Below are positions 44,221 to 52,464 of a DNA stretch of 59,337 nucleotides, in pieces. Each line of letters begins with the position of its first letter. The first letter of the stretch is position 1. The position numbers and the translations under genes are program-made. Under the pieces are notes generated by a model. That model worked only from the letters and a program-made list of their open reading frames with translations, did not search any database and was not told where the DNA came from. Origin of the DNA: a virus; IMG/VR virus record IMGVR_UViG_3300045988_133192; one strand, given 5' to 3'.

Positions 44221-44516
44221 TACTTTTTCAGCTTGACGGCCGTTCCCATAGAGTATGTATAGCTGGTTTTCATGCCGAAGCCGACGTTCTGGAAGCGAAC
44301 TCCGATTATGGCATCAGCCCCAACCTTTTCACCTGCGCGTGTCAGATCGGCCACGAGAGCGGCGTTCACATTTTCGCCGACGACGGAATAATCACCGTTC
44401 CGGCACTTTACCATTTCTTTCATGCTTGGCCCGTCCGCAGCGGTGGCGACCGTCACAAGGCCGATATATTCGGCAATCTCGACGCCCTGCAAAGTGTCCG
44501 TTGTTGTAATGAGCAT
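44220..44516 (-). CDS. YbjQ/UPF0145-family protein
   Basis: MLITTTDTLQGVEIAEYIGLV ... GADAIIGVRF ... GTAVKLKK is colinear with E. coli YbjQ hallmarks. Confidence 0.75.
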   Translation of the reverse strand: MLITTTDTLQGVEIAEYIGLVTVATAADGPSMKEMVKCRNGDYSVVGENVNAALVADLTRAGEKVGADAIIGVRFQNVGFGMKTSYTYSMGTAVKLKK

Positions 44517-44556
44517 GATATGTTCTCCTGTCTATGGCGGGCATTTCTGCCCTGTA

Positions 44557-44754
44557 TTATTCCGCGCCGTCGGCGCGATGCGACTTGATAAAATCGGCCA
44601 TAGCCTTTTTGATAACCGCATTGGGCGACGTTCCAGCGGCTTTGCAGGCAGCCTTGAACTCCGCTGCAAATTCCTTGCGAACCTTTGCCCCGACGATCAT
44701 CATGTTTTCCCTGTCCCATTTCGCGCTGGCTCTTTTCTGCGATTCACAAATCAC
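44557..44754 (-). CDS. ribbon-helix-helix (Arc/CopG-like) protein
   Basis: SQKRASAKWDRENMMIVGAKVRKEFAAEFKAACKAAGTSPNAVIKKAMADFIK. GTG at 44754 downstream of the minus-strand promoter. The start is uncertain (alternative Met at MMIVG). Confidence 0.55.
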   Translation of the reverse strand: MICESQKRASAKWDRENMMIVGAKVRKEFAAEFKAACKAAGTSPNAVIKKAMADFIKSHRADGAE

Positions 44755-44782
44755 GAAAAGCACCGCCTTTCTTTTATTTAAC

Positions 44783-44811
44783 AGTATAACGCGACGAAAG
44801 CCCATTTGCAA
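44783..44811 (-). promoter_or_regulatory. minus-strand promoter TTGCAA-N17-TATACT
   Basis: Read on the reverse complement: ttgcaaatgggctttcgtcgcgttatact. Confidence 0.55.
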
Positions 44812-45032
44812 CGTGGGAAATGTGTCGTTTTTCGTTGACATCGGACACAAAAACTGCCGAAACGCACCCGGAAACATTGACGTTTTACCTGTTGGAATCT
44901 CTGTTTAACAGTAGGACAATAAAGGCACAGCGAGGGAAGCACGACCGGAAGGCAAGGGGCGAAGTATGAGCCGGGAGCGCAGTAAGTCGTGAGCGCGTGC
45001 TAAGTCAGTAGCCCACTTCCCGCACTGTTTTT

Positions 45033-45079
45033 GGAAATCTGGGCAGCAGGGCCGACCGTCCAGAATTTCCAAATTTTTT
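45033..45079 (+). terminator. hairpin plus T-run
   Basis: ggaaatctgg...ccagaatttcc followed by aaatttttt. Confidence 0.55.
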
Positions 45080-45101
45080 GAAAATTATCTTCTCGCACCT
45101 G

Positions 45102-45130
45102 TTGACAAACTCACAGATGAGAGTGATAAT
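45102..45130 (+). promoter_or_regulatory. early promoter cassette with operator in the spacer
   Basis: TTGACA-N17-GATAAT; ctcacagatgagag at 45110-45123. Confidence 0.7.
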
Positions 45131-45176
45131 ACAATCACAAGATGATTTACAACTCACAGAAGAAAGGAAATCTGCA

Positions 45177-45635
45177 ATGCTGGACAAGAACGGAATCGAA
45201 ATCAAGACCGGGGACATCGTGAGAATCACCGGCGCATACTTCAAGACCGACAACGCGCTCTATTTCGTGGAGCACAGCGACGGAGACCCCGACTGGTGCG
45301 GCAAAGACCACTGCCTGCTGAAGATCAAGCGCAACGGCGAGTTGAGCAAGGCAAAGAACTCCACCTGCTTCTGGCCGATCATGGTCACGGTCAACGGCTA
45401 CGAGAAATACACCACCGCAAAGCTGTGGAACAAAGAACACGCACAGATCGAGATCGTCGGGGGCATCGACAAGACCCACATCGCCGAATATTTCCGCAGC
45501 CAGTCACAGCAGTGCAACAAGTGGATTGAGCGGTACTCTTGGGACTTTGGCGAGAATAGCCGCTCTGTCAATGACCAGAAGCAGTACAAGGCGTTTTATG
45601 ATTCCGTCGTGGCAAGATTGGAGGGTATGGCATGA
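45177..45635 (+). CDS. hypothetical protein (152 aa)
   Basis: ATG at 45177 after AAAGGAAA; first gene of the cassette. Confidence 0.6.
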   Translation: MLDKNGIEIKTGDIVRITGAYFKTDNALYFVEHSDGDPDWCGKDHCLLKIKRNGELSKAKNSTCFWPIMVTVNGYEKYTTAKLWNKEHAQIEIVGGIDKTHIAEYFRSQSQQCNKWIERYSWDFGENSRSVNDQKQYKAFYDSVVARLEGMA

Positions 45636-45862
45636 TCTACACCATCGAAAAGCGGCACGTTTTCGGCTGCTATGATGGCAGCTATATGCAGAGCCATTAT
45701 GAAGTCATCGCGCACACGCACAGGCTCCCGAATGGCTGCTTGGCATCCACCGGCGCACTGACTGTTCACACCTGCAAATACAAAAGGGAAGCGACGGCAT
45801 ACTGCAAAGCCCACGGCATCGAGCCGCAGCCGCCCTTTATTTCGCCCGAAGAACCCGCCTGA
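45632..45862 (+). CDS. hypothetical protein (76 aa)
   Basis: GGAGGG RBS; ATGA overlap with the upstream gene. Confidence 0.55.
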   Translation: MIYTIEKRHVFGCYDGSYMQSHYEVIAHTHRLPNGCLASTGALTVHTCKYKREATAYCKAHGIEPQPPFISPEEPA

Positions 45863-46065
45863 TGATGGCTGCATGGCAGCAGCCGAAACCACCCAGCAGC
45901 CAGCTGGGCAAGGTCGCGGGAGCCGCGACACAATGAGCGTGTCCGTTTTATGGTTCTGGGTATCGGGCGTCCTGCCCGTGTAAAAGACACGACCACCCGG
46001 AAAATGCTTGGTTAGGCACTTGGCGGCTCTGCGCTTTTTATTTCCTGCAAGAAAGGAGCATCCAC

Positions 46066-46317
46066 ATGACGAAGAAAATCTATATCCTGCAAGCTGGATT
46101 CCTGCCCATCGGCGAAACCGACGTGACAGGCTGGCGCACCTATTCGTTCCACACTGGCCAGGGAGCCTACGACAACGCCGTGGCCGCCTACCGCAGCGAG
46201 ATGAACCGCAACAAGAACCCGAACGTCAAGTATCGCATCGTCAGCGCACATGACACCACCCGCAAGGACACCTATGTCCCAGTGTTCGGCTTTAAGAGCG
46301 CAGCCCGCACCCTTTAA
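46066..46317 (+). CDS. hypothetical protein (83 aa)
   Basis: AAAGGAG RBS. Confidence 0.6.
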   Translation: MTKKIYILQAGFLPIGETDVTGWRTYSFHTGQGAYDNAVAAYRSEMNRNKNPNVKYRIVSAHDTTRKDTYVPVFGFKSAARTL

Positions 46318-46370
46318 CTTGCCGGTAACTTGCCAGCAGGCCCGAAATATCATAATAAGGCGGTAAAAGA

Positions 46371-46580
46371 TTGAACTATAAATACATCTGGGCGTGGGAA
46401 ATCCTCAAAGGAACGACCAGTGCGGACATCGTGCGCGGCATCGTTTCACTTGCCCGGGAAGAAAACGCCCCGGCCCGGGCCATCATGCGGCTGCATGATG
46501 GCCGCTGGCTGACCCTCGAAGACCTGTCAAACGAAGAGCTTGTGCAGCAAATTGAGGATGAAGCAAAAACAATGATGTAA
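46371..46580 (+). CDS. hypothetical protein (69 aa, TTG start)
   Basis: AAGGCGG 7 nt upstream. Confidence 0.45.
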   Translation: MNYKYIWAWEILKGTTSADIVRGIVSLAREENAPARAIMRLHDGRWLTLEDLSNEELVQQIEDEAKTMM

Positions 46581-46586
46581 CGTCAA

Positions 46587-46702
46587 ACCACCACAACCCG
46601 ATACCCTATCCATACACCTGTCAGAATCTGGTGCTGGTACTGGTGGTACTTAAAGGTTATATCAATTTAATCTAAGAAGGAGAACGTAAAGGTTACGATA
46701 AA
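46587..46702 (+). repeat. copy A of a ~100-bp dispersed direct repeat
   Basis: Core cctgtcagaatctggtgctggtactggtggtacttaaaggttatatcaatttaatctaagaaggagaacgtaaaggttacgataaa aligns to 49706-49787 with few substitutions and two short indels. Confidence 0.85.
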
Positions 46703-46715
46703 GGGAGAACCCGCA

Positions 46716-47381
46716 ATGAATGACCTGACCATTTTTGAAAACCCAGAATTTGGACGGCTCCGGGGTTTGAAGATCAGCGGTGAGCCTTGGCTCGTCGGAA
46801 AAGACGTGGCCGCCGCTTTGGGCTATGTTGATACAGCGCAGGCCATAAGAAAGCACGTCGATGATGAGGACAAAGGGGTCGTTGAAGCGACAACCCCCGG
46901 AGGAAAGCAAAAAATCACCACTATCAACGAAAGCGGCCTGTACAGCCTGATGCTGAAAAGCAAACTCCCCGGCGCGAAGAAGTTCAAACGGTGGGTTACG
47001 TCCGAAGTCCTGCCCAGCATCCGCAGAGCCGGGGCCTATGCCATGCCGGCAGCCGCACCCGCAGACGACGCCATGTTTGAAAGACTCTGGGCCGAATTGG
47101 AGCGCAAACAGAAGTTCAACAGCTACGTCGGCCAGTTCTGCAATTTTTTTGGCTGGAGCCGCCGCTATTACCTGTCCGGGATGTACAACCTGATGAAGCG
47201 GGCAGGCTGCAACGTCGATGCACTGACCTTGCGGATGCAGGCCGCCACCCACGATTATGCAATGTCCACCGCGCAGGCAGTCATCATGGACGAGCAGGCT
47301 TTTAGCTTGTTCTGCAAAATCGCAGAATACGGCATCCAACGAAACCACATCCCCAAAACCATGGAGGAAGCATTTTTATGA
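46716..47381 (+). CDS. Bro-N domain antirepressor
   Basis: MNDLTIFENPEFGRLRGLKISGEPWLVGKDVAAALGY ... GLYSLMLKSKLPGAKKFKRWVTSEVLPSIR. Confidence 0.85.
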   Translation: MNDLTIFENPEFGRLRGLKISGEPWLVGKDVAAALGYVDTAQAIRKHVDDEDKGVVEATTPGGKQKITTINESGLYSLMLKSKLPGAKKFKRWVTSEVLPSIRRAGAYAMPAAAPADDAMFERLWAELERKQKFNSYVGQFCNFFGWSRRYYLSGMYNLMKRAGCNVDALTLRMQAATHDYAMSTAQAVIMDEQAFSLFCKIAEYGIQRNHIPKTMEEAFL

Positions 47382-47629
47382 ACAACACCCTGACCGCCTT
47401 GAACAATTACCTATTTGAAGAGCTGGAACGCCTGAACGATGATAGCTTGTCCCCGGAGCAGCTGAAGCAGGAGATCGACCGTTCCCGCGCCGTCACGCAA
47501 GTGTCGCAGCAGATCGTGAACAACGGCAAGCTGGCCCTGTCGGCCATCCGCTGCGCCAACGAGTGCTTGGCCCCGAATGAAAAGCTGCCGCCCATGCTGG
47601 AGGTCGAAACCAATGCCCCGAAAGTATAA
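47378..47629 (+). CDS. hypothetical protein (83 aa)
   Basis: ATGA coupling to the upstream gene. Confidence 0.55.
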   Translation: MNNTLTALNNYLFEELERLNDDSLSPEQLKQEIDRSRAVTQVSQQIVNNGKLALSAIRCANECLAPNEKLPPMLEVETNAPKV

Positions 47630-48419
47630 GCCGGAGGTACACGCCTTTATAGCTGCCCACGTCGCCGGGACGACCACGCAAGAGCTGGCCCGAATCACAA
47701 ATGCAGCCTTTGGCACGAACTTCACGGCCGCGTCCATGAAATCCTACAAGGCGAACCATAAGCTGCGCAATGGCCGCGGTACAGGGCAGATCAAGGGCGC
47801 AGCGACCAAACGCTTCCCGCAGCAAGTCAAGGACTATGTCTTTGCTCACTACAAGGGCACAGGACACCGCCAGATGTGCGACCAACTCTTTGAGCAGTTC
47901 GGCATCCAGTACACGCCGGAGCAGATCAAACAGTATTACGCCCGCCACGGCCTGAACAGCGGCCTGACCGGATATTTTAAGAAAGGCTGCTGCCCATATA
48001 AGCCGCAGCCAGGAACACACGCACAGGGCTGTGAGAAAACATGGTTCAAGCCCGGATGCACCCCGCACAACCTGAAACCCATCGGCTACGAGCGCGTCAC
48101 ACAGGACGGCTATATCGAGGTCAAGGTCAGGATGAAGAAGTCCCGGCCGAACTGCAATGACAACTTTGTGCCAAAGCACCGGCTGATCTGGGAGCAGGCG
48201 AACGGCCCGCTGCCGCCGGGATATGTCGTTATCTTCAAGGACGGCGACAAGCGAAACTTTGCGCTGGACAATCTTGCAGCCATCACAAAAAAGGAACGGC
48301 TGGACATGAACCGTCACGATCTGTTCAGCAACGACCCGCAGGCGACGGAAACCGGCATCCTGCTGGCCCGCCTGCGCACCACCATCCACCAAAAAGAAAA
48401 GGAGATCCAACATGGGTAA
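47613..48419 (+). CDS. HNH endonuclease (HNH_3-like)
   Basis: VPKHRLIWEQANGPLPPGYVVIFKDGDKRNFALDNL. ATG at 47613 is internal to ORF 47577-48419. Confidence 0.8.
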   Translation: MPRKYKPEVHAFIAAHVAGTTTQELARITNAAFGTNFTAASMKSYKANHKLRNGRGTGQIKGAATKRFPQQVKDYVFAHYKGTGHRQMCDQLFEQFGIQYTPEQIKQYYARHGLNSGLTGYFKKGCCPYKPQPGTHAQGCEKTWFKPGCTPHNLKPIGYERVTQDGYIEVKVRMKKSRPNCNDNFVPKHRLIWEQANGPLPPGYVVIFKDGDKRNFALDNLAAITKKERLDMNRHDLFSNDPQATETGILLARLRTTIHQKEKEIQHG

Positions 48420-48894
48420 GCTGGTAGACGCTGAAATCACTCTGAAATATTCCAATGGTCAGTTGACCATCGCATCCACGCCGAACACCATCAAGGGCGA
48501 CGGCCTTTTGTCATATCTCGATTTGGCCGAATGCGCCATCATCGGAGCCAACTACAAGAACCTGAACGAAGCGATGGACATTGCTGCCGAACACGCATCC
48601 GCGATCATTGCAACCGTCATGCACACCGCAGGCAACGAAAAGACCAGCCCGAAGATGGGGGCCATCGTCCACGCCGCGCAGGTTTCGCCCTTTTATCTGC
48701 AATGCGTCATTCAGAAGCCGGATGCGCCTGCATCCAAAGGCAAGTTCTTTGCCAAAGAGGGCAATTTGTACGTCGGTGTCGATAACTCCGATGGCAACGC
48801 TTGGACGGAAGAGTTTTCCGACCGGCAGCAGCTTTTCCTTTGGTTTGCTGGCGCACCTTGCCACGACGCCCACGGGCAGGCCCTCAACGAGTGA
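48412..48894 (+). CDS. hypothetical protein (160 aa)
   Basis: Overlaps the HNH stop; coding-like composition. Confidence 0.6.
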   Translation: MGKLVDAEITLKYSNGQLTIASTPNTIKGDGLLSYLDLAECAIIGANYKNLNEAMDIAAEHASAIIATVMHTAGNEKTSPKMGAIVHAAQVSPFYLQCVIQKPDAPASKGKFFAKEGNLYVGVDNSDGNAWTEEFSDRQQLFLWFAGAPCHDAHGQALNE

Positions 48895-48998
48895 TATTCT
48901 ATCCATAGCCCCGCAACACGGCGGGCGAATAAAAACGCGGCACAGAAGCCGCCAGACGCCCACCCGGCGGGCCAAAGCCGGGAGAAAGGACTTTCCCC

Positions 48999-49250
48999 AT
49001 GGAAAGCATGATTGACATCCTCTTTGACCAGCTCGTTGACAGTGACGCCGCATGGGACACTCAGCATGACAAGGCCACGCAGGACGCGCTTGCTGAACTC
49101 TGCGAAAAGCTCAACCTGCCCACCGTCCACGAAACCAAGCTGGGCGAGCTAATCAGCACCGAAGCCGTGGCACAGGCCCGCGCCGGATTCCGCGCTGGCT
49201 TTGTGGCAGCGATGAAGCTCTGCGAGGAGGTCAAGAACAAGGCTGAGTAA
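48999..49250 (+). CDS. hypothetical protein (83 aa)
   Basis: GGGAGAAAGGA RBS. Confidence 0.55.
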   Translation: MESMIDILFDQLVDSDAAWDTQHDKATQDALAELCEKLNLPTVHETKLGELISTEAVAQARAGFRAGFVAAMKLCEEVKNKAE

Positions 49251-49319
49251 TCAGCCGCCGCACCGGGACAAGCTCTGCAAACGTGGGGCTTGCCCTTTGT
49301 CTGAAAGGAGATCATAGCC

Positions 49320-49646
49320 ATGCCCAACAAACGCGAAGTGGCTTACAATGCCACGCACGGCCGCTGCGCTTACTGCGGCTGTATCATCAACCCGATGCAC
49401 TTCTTTCTGAATCAGGCAAAGCCGGGGCAGCAGGTCGCCGCCTGCCCGGATTGCGCCCGCTTCAAAGGCTCCGACGATTTGGAAACATTTCGCGCCCGCT
49501 TGCATGACCTGCCGGAAGTTTCCATCCAGTCCCGCCTTGCTCTCAAATATTCGGATTCTATCCTCAACCCGGAGGAGCCTATCAAGGAGGGCTATTACCA
49601 CGGATTCGGCAAAATCTGCTTTTATTTTGAAAATATGGACGAGTAA
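49320..49646 (+). CDS. Cys-rich HNH-like zinc-finger protein (possibly degenerate)
   Basis: RCAYCGC...ACPDCARFKG pattern. Confidence 0.45.
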   Translation: MPNKREVAYNATHGRCAYCGCIINPMHFFLNQAKPGQQVAACPDCARFKGSDDLETFRARLHDLPEVSIQSRLALKYSDSILNPEEPIKEGYYHGFGKICFYFENMDE

Positions 49647-49659
49647 GGCCGACACCCAT

Positions 49660-49787
49660 ACCACCACTACGGCCCGACATACGGTATGTGTACCGTATGG
49701 ATACATCTGTCAGAATCTGGTACTGGTGGTGGTAAAGATTATATTAAACTTAATCTTAGAAGAAGAAACGTAAAGGTTACTATAAAA
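49660..49787 (+). repeat. copy B of a ~100-bp dispersed direct repeat
   Basis: See 46587-46702. Both copies have an upstream accaccac that is complementary to a downstream tggtggt. Confidence 0.85.
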
Positions 49788-49828
49788 TAAAGCGGCCGAA
49801 AAAACATCAAGAAAAGTTTCCTTTGCTG

Positions 49829-49857
49829 TTGACTTACTCACAAATAAGAGTGATAAT
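49829..49857 (+). promoter_or_regulatory. early promoter cassette with operator in the spacer
   Basis: TTGACT-N17-GATAAT; ctcacaaataagag at 49837-49850. Confidence 0.7.
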
Positions 49858-49904
49858 ATAGTTACAGAATGAATCACAACTCACAACCGCGAAAGGAGAA
49901 CACC

Positions 49905-50132
49905 ATGAAAGCACTGAAAGAGCTTATGAACCGCCTGACCGCCGAGGGCCGCGACCTGTCCGAACTGGAACGCATGATCGACGATCTGGCCGCCGCCGGA
50001 ACCATGGACGAGATCAACTACTACGAGGGCCAGATTTACGGCGTTCTGGTGGGCCTGTCCATCATGGGTTACATCACCCCGGAGGAAGCCGATGAACTTC
50101 AGAACAGCGTTGAGGAAGATGCTGTTATCTAA
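49905..50132 (+). CDS. acidic small protein (75 aa)
   Basis: ATG at 49905 after AAAGGAG. Confidence 0.6.
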   Translation: MKALKELMNRLTAEGRDLSELERMIDDLAAAGTMDEINYYEGQIYGVLVGLSIMGYITPEEADELQNSVEEDAVI

Positions 50133-50194
50133 GCTGCACACCGGGAAGGGGAGCCGCAAGGCTCCCACAGCCCCCGCTTACAGGAGGAAGAACC

Positions 50195-50449
50195 ATGATG
50201 ACCAATCTTTTCATGCTGGCCGGGTATACCCAGTATCAGGCCCAGTGCATTGCACCGTTCGGCTACGTCGTCGCCGCCGGGATTCTGGTGCAGGCCGTCG
50301 CCCCGGCCGTTGACCGCTACATCTACCGCCGCCGCTGGGAAGAAGTCCAGCAGCGGGAAGCGGAAGCGGCAGCAGCCCGCGCCGCTGAACAGCGCAAGGA
50401 AGCTCACCGCCGCGAGGTGATGGACTTCCTGCTGAACGAGGCCGCCTGA
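50195..50449 (+). CDS. small protein with hydrophobic N-half and charged helical C-half
   Basis: AGGAGG RBS; IAPFGYVVAAGILVQAVAPAV segment. Confidence 0.5.
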   Translation: MMTNLFMLAGYTQYQAQCIAPFGYVVAAGILVQAVAPAVDRYIYRRRWEEVQQREAEAAAARAAEQRKEAHRREVMDFLLNEAA

Positions 50450-50475
50450 TGGCCTGATTTTTTATGCCCTTATCG

Positions 50476-50489
50476 CTCACAAATAAGAG
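50476..50489. promoter_or_regulatory. additional operator copy CTCACAAATAAGAG
   Basis: Exact match to the operator at 49837-49850; upstream of HTH gene 50545. Confidence 0.6.
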
Positions 50490-50544
50490 CGAAAAACGCC
50501 AAACCAAAGCAAAAACGCTCACAAACGAAAAAGGAGGTCTGTGA

Positions 50545-50865
50545 ATGGACATCAACACGAAACTGAAAAAGCTGCTGGAAGATTCCGGCCAGCGGCAGGC
50601 AGAGGTGGCCCAGAAGTGCGGCTTGACCCCTGCCAACCTTAGCCGCGCACTGACCCGCGATCACAATCTGAACCTGTCCACGGCTCTGAGAATCGCCGAC
50701 GGTATCGGCTTGGAGCTGCGCATCGAGGACGCCAACGGCAACCGCCACCCGGCAGCCGACCCGCAAAAGTTCGCGGAAGCCGCGGCTGATACGTCGCTGA
50801 ACTGGGACGACGTGGAAGCTATTCTCGGTTCGCTGGGCTTTTATCTTGAATTCGACTGGAGGTAA
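50545..50865 (+). CDS. XRE-family HTH protein
   Basis: LKKLLEDSGQRQAEVAQKCGLTPANLSRALTRDHNLNLSTALRIADGIG. Confidence 0.75.
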   Translation: MDINTKLKKLLEDSGQRQAEVAQKCGLTPANLSRALTRDHNLNLSTALRIADGIGLELRIEDANGNRHPAADPQKFAEAAADTSLNWDDVEAILGSLGFYLEFDWR

Positions 50866-50870
50866 ACCAC

Positions 50871-51599
50871 ATGACCGACAAAGAAATCACGGAGCTGAAC
50901 CTGAAAAGTGCCACCTACTACGGCGCACAGCTCCAGATGAACCACTTCACCGAAGAGCTGGCCGAACTCATTCAGGCCGCCGCCGAGGGCGACCCGCAGC
51001 ACATCGCCGAGGAAATCGCCGACGTGGAAGTCATGGTCGAGCAGATGGAATATTTGCTTTCTCTCGATACGATCTACATTGAGAGCTGGGCAACGCACAT
51101 CCTGCTTGCAAACGATATTGAATCCTGCATCTGGCATCTGGCTGCGCCCATCAAGAGCATCAACAAGCTGCGCCGTGTCAATCTGGCGACCGCCGCCGAC
51201 CCGGATATGTCAAAAGACGAAGTTCAGATCAAACGGCAAACCGCAAACCACGACCTTGAAACCGACATTGGAGAGCTGGTTTCCTATCTGAACTGGCTGG
51301 CCGGACGTTATAGCATCGCTGCCGAGGAAATCCGGGAAATCAAGTCCTACAAGGTACAGCGCACCCGCGACCGCATCGAACTTGAAACCGGCTCCATCTG
51401 CAAAAAAGTTGTTGACGACAAGGCGGCTGCACAGGCCCAGGATTTAGCCGACTACTGCAAACAGCAAACAGAGTGTGAACCCGGTGGCTGCATCTTTGCC
51501 ACGACTGGCGAGGGCTGCATCTTATCTGATTATGTTCGGCCTGAACTTTGGCCCGATGCCATCGCTAAACAGCAGCAGGAGGGGCAGAAGAATGGATAA
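50871..51599 (+). CDS. MazG-like NTP pyrophosphohydrolase domain protein with ~140-aa C-terminal extension
   Basis: EELAELIQAAAEGDPQHIAEEIADVEVMVEQMEY (EExxE...ExxD pattern). Confidence 0.65.
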   Translation: MTDKEITELNLKSATYYGAQLQMNHFTEELAELIQAAAEGDPQHIAEEIADVEVMVEQMEYLLSLDTIYIESWATHILLANDIESCIWHLAAPIKSINKLRRVNLATAADPDMSKDEVQIKRQTANHDLETDIGELVSYLNWLAGRYSIAAEEIREIKSYKVQRTRDRIELETGSICKKVVDDKAAAQAQDLADYCKQQTECEPGGCIFATTGEGCILSDYVRPELWPDAIAKQQQEGQKNG

Positions 51600-51930
51600 G
51601 CCCGAAAAAATCAAAATCGGCTGCTGTCCGTTCTGCGGCGGCAACATCAAGCGGGCCAACATGAAAGCCTTTTCCCGGCAAAGCCAGATTTACGGCTTCA
51701 ACCTTGCGCTGGATGGCGTGGACGCCACATGGGGCGCACTGATCTATAACTTTTCCGCAGAGCTGGAATTGAGCGCAGAACAGACCGCAAAGCTCACCAC
51801 GCTGGGCGAAGAATATGACAAGATGATTCGCTCTTTCCGGGAAGCCGACCTGCCGCCGGAAGAATTTGCCGAATACGTCGTTGCAAAGGCCGAGGAATGC
51901 AAGGCACGTCTGAAAGAAAGGTGGGGCTGA
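51592..51930 (+). CDS. Zn-ribbon protein (CCPFCGG; possibly Lar-like)
   Basis: ATG at 51592 is internal to ORF 51475-51930. IKIGCCPFCGGNIKRA. Confidence 0.5.
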   Translation: MDKPEKIKIGCCPFCGGNIKRANMKAFSRQSQIYGFNLALDGVDATWGALIYNFSAELELSAEQTAKLTTLGEEYDKMIRSFREADLPPEEFAEYVVAKAEECKARLKERWG

Positions 51931-51932
51931 TT

Positions 51933-52193
51933 ATGGCACTGACAAAATTTGTGAACGTCTACAAATGCCGCCTTTGCGGGGAAATGTTTACCAGCAGCGG
52001 CACGAACAGCGAGATTGCAGCATGGAAAGGCACTCTCCATGAGATTATGAAAGCAAGCGGCCTTGATACGCCGTGTTCAACGCCCGAAGTTACGCCGACC
52101 ATGTTCGAGATGCACAGCTGCAAGAATGGCAGCTACGGCGTGGCAGACTTTCAGGGCACACGAAAGGCGGCCGACAATGATGCAAGCCTGTGA
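51933..52193 (+). CDS. hypothetical Cys-containing protein (86 aa)
   Basis: AAAGGTGGGG RBS; YKCRLCGEMF. Confidence 0.5.
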   Translation: MALTKFVNVYKCRLCGEMFTSSGTNSEIAAWKGTLHEIMKASGLDTPCSTPEVTPTMFEMHSCKNGSYGVADFQGTRKAADNDASL

Positions 52194-52464
52194 GCAGCTC
52201 TCTTTATTCTCCATCGTCCCGCAGGCGGCCCGGACGGCCATCTGCTGCATGGATGGGGAGTGCAAGGCTGCTGCGCCTGCCGAAAGCTGGATGGCTGACC
52301 TTGTGCCCGGTGGGGAATATGCGATCAGCATCGCGGGACACACGCTGGTTTTGAAGCCTGTGCCCGGTACGCCTGCCGGCATCAAGCAGGGGCACGAATA
52401 CTATCACTACACCATCGGCCCGCGCCTGTACGCGGGAACATTCGTCGGGAGGATGCAGCATTGA
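52177..52464 (+). CDS. hypothetical protein (95 aa)
   Basis: ATG at 52177 after AAAGGCGG. Confidence 0.5.
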   Translation: MMQACEQLSLFSIVPQAARTAICCMDGECKAAAPAESWMADLVPGGEYAISIAGHTLVLKPVPGTPAGIKQGHEYYHYTIGPRLYAGTFVGRMQH

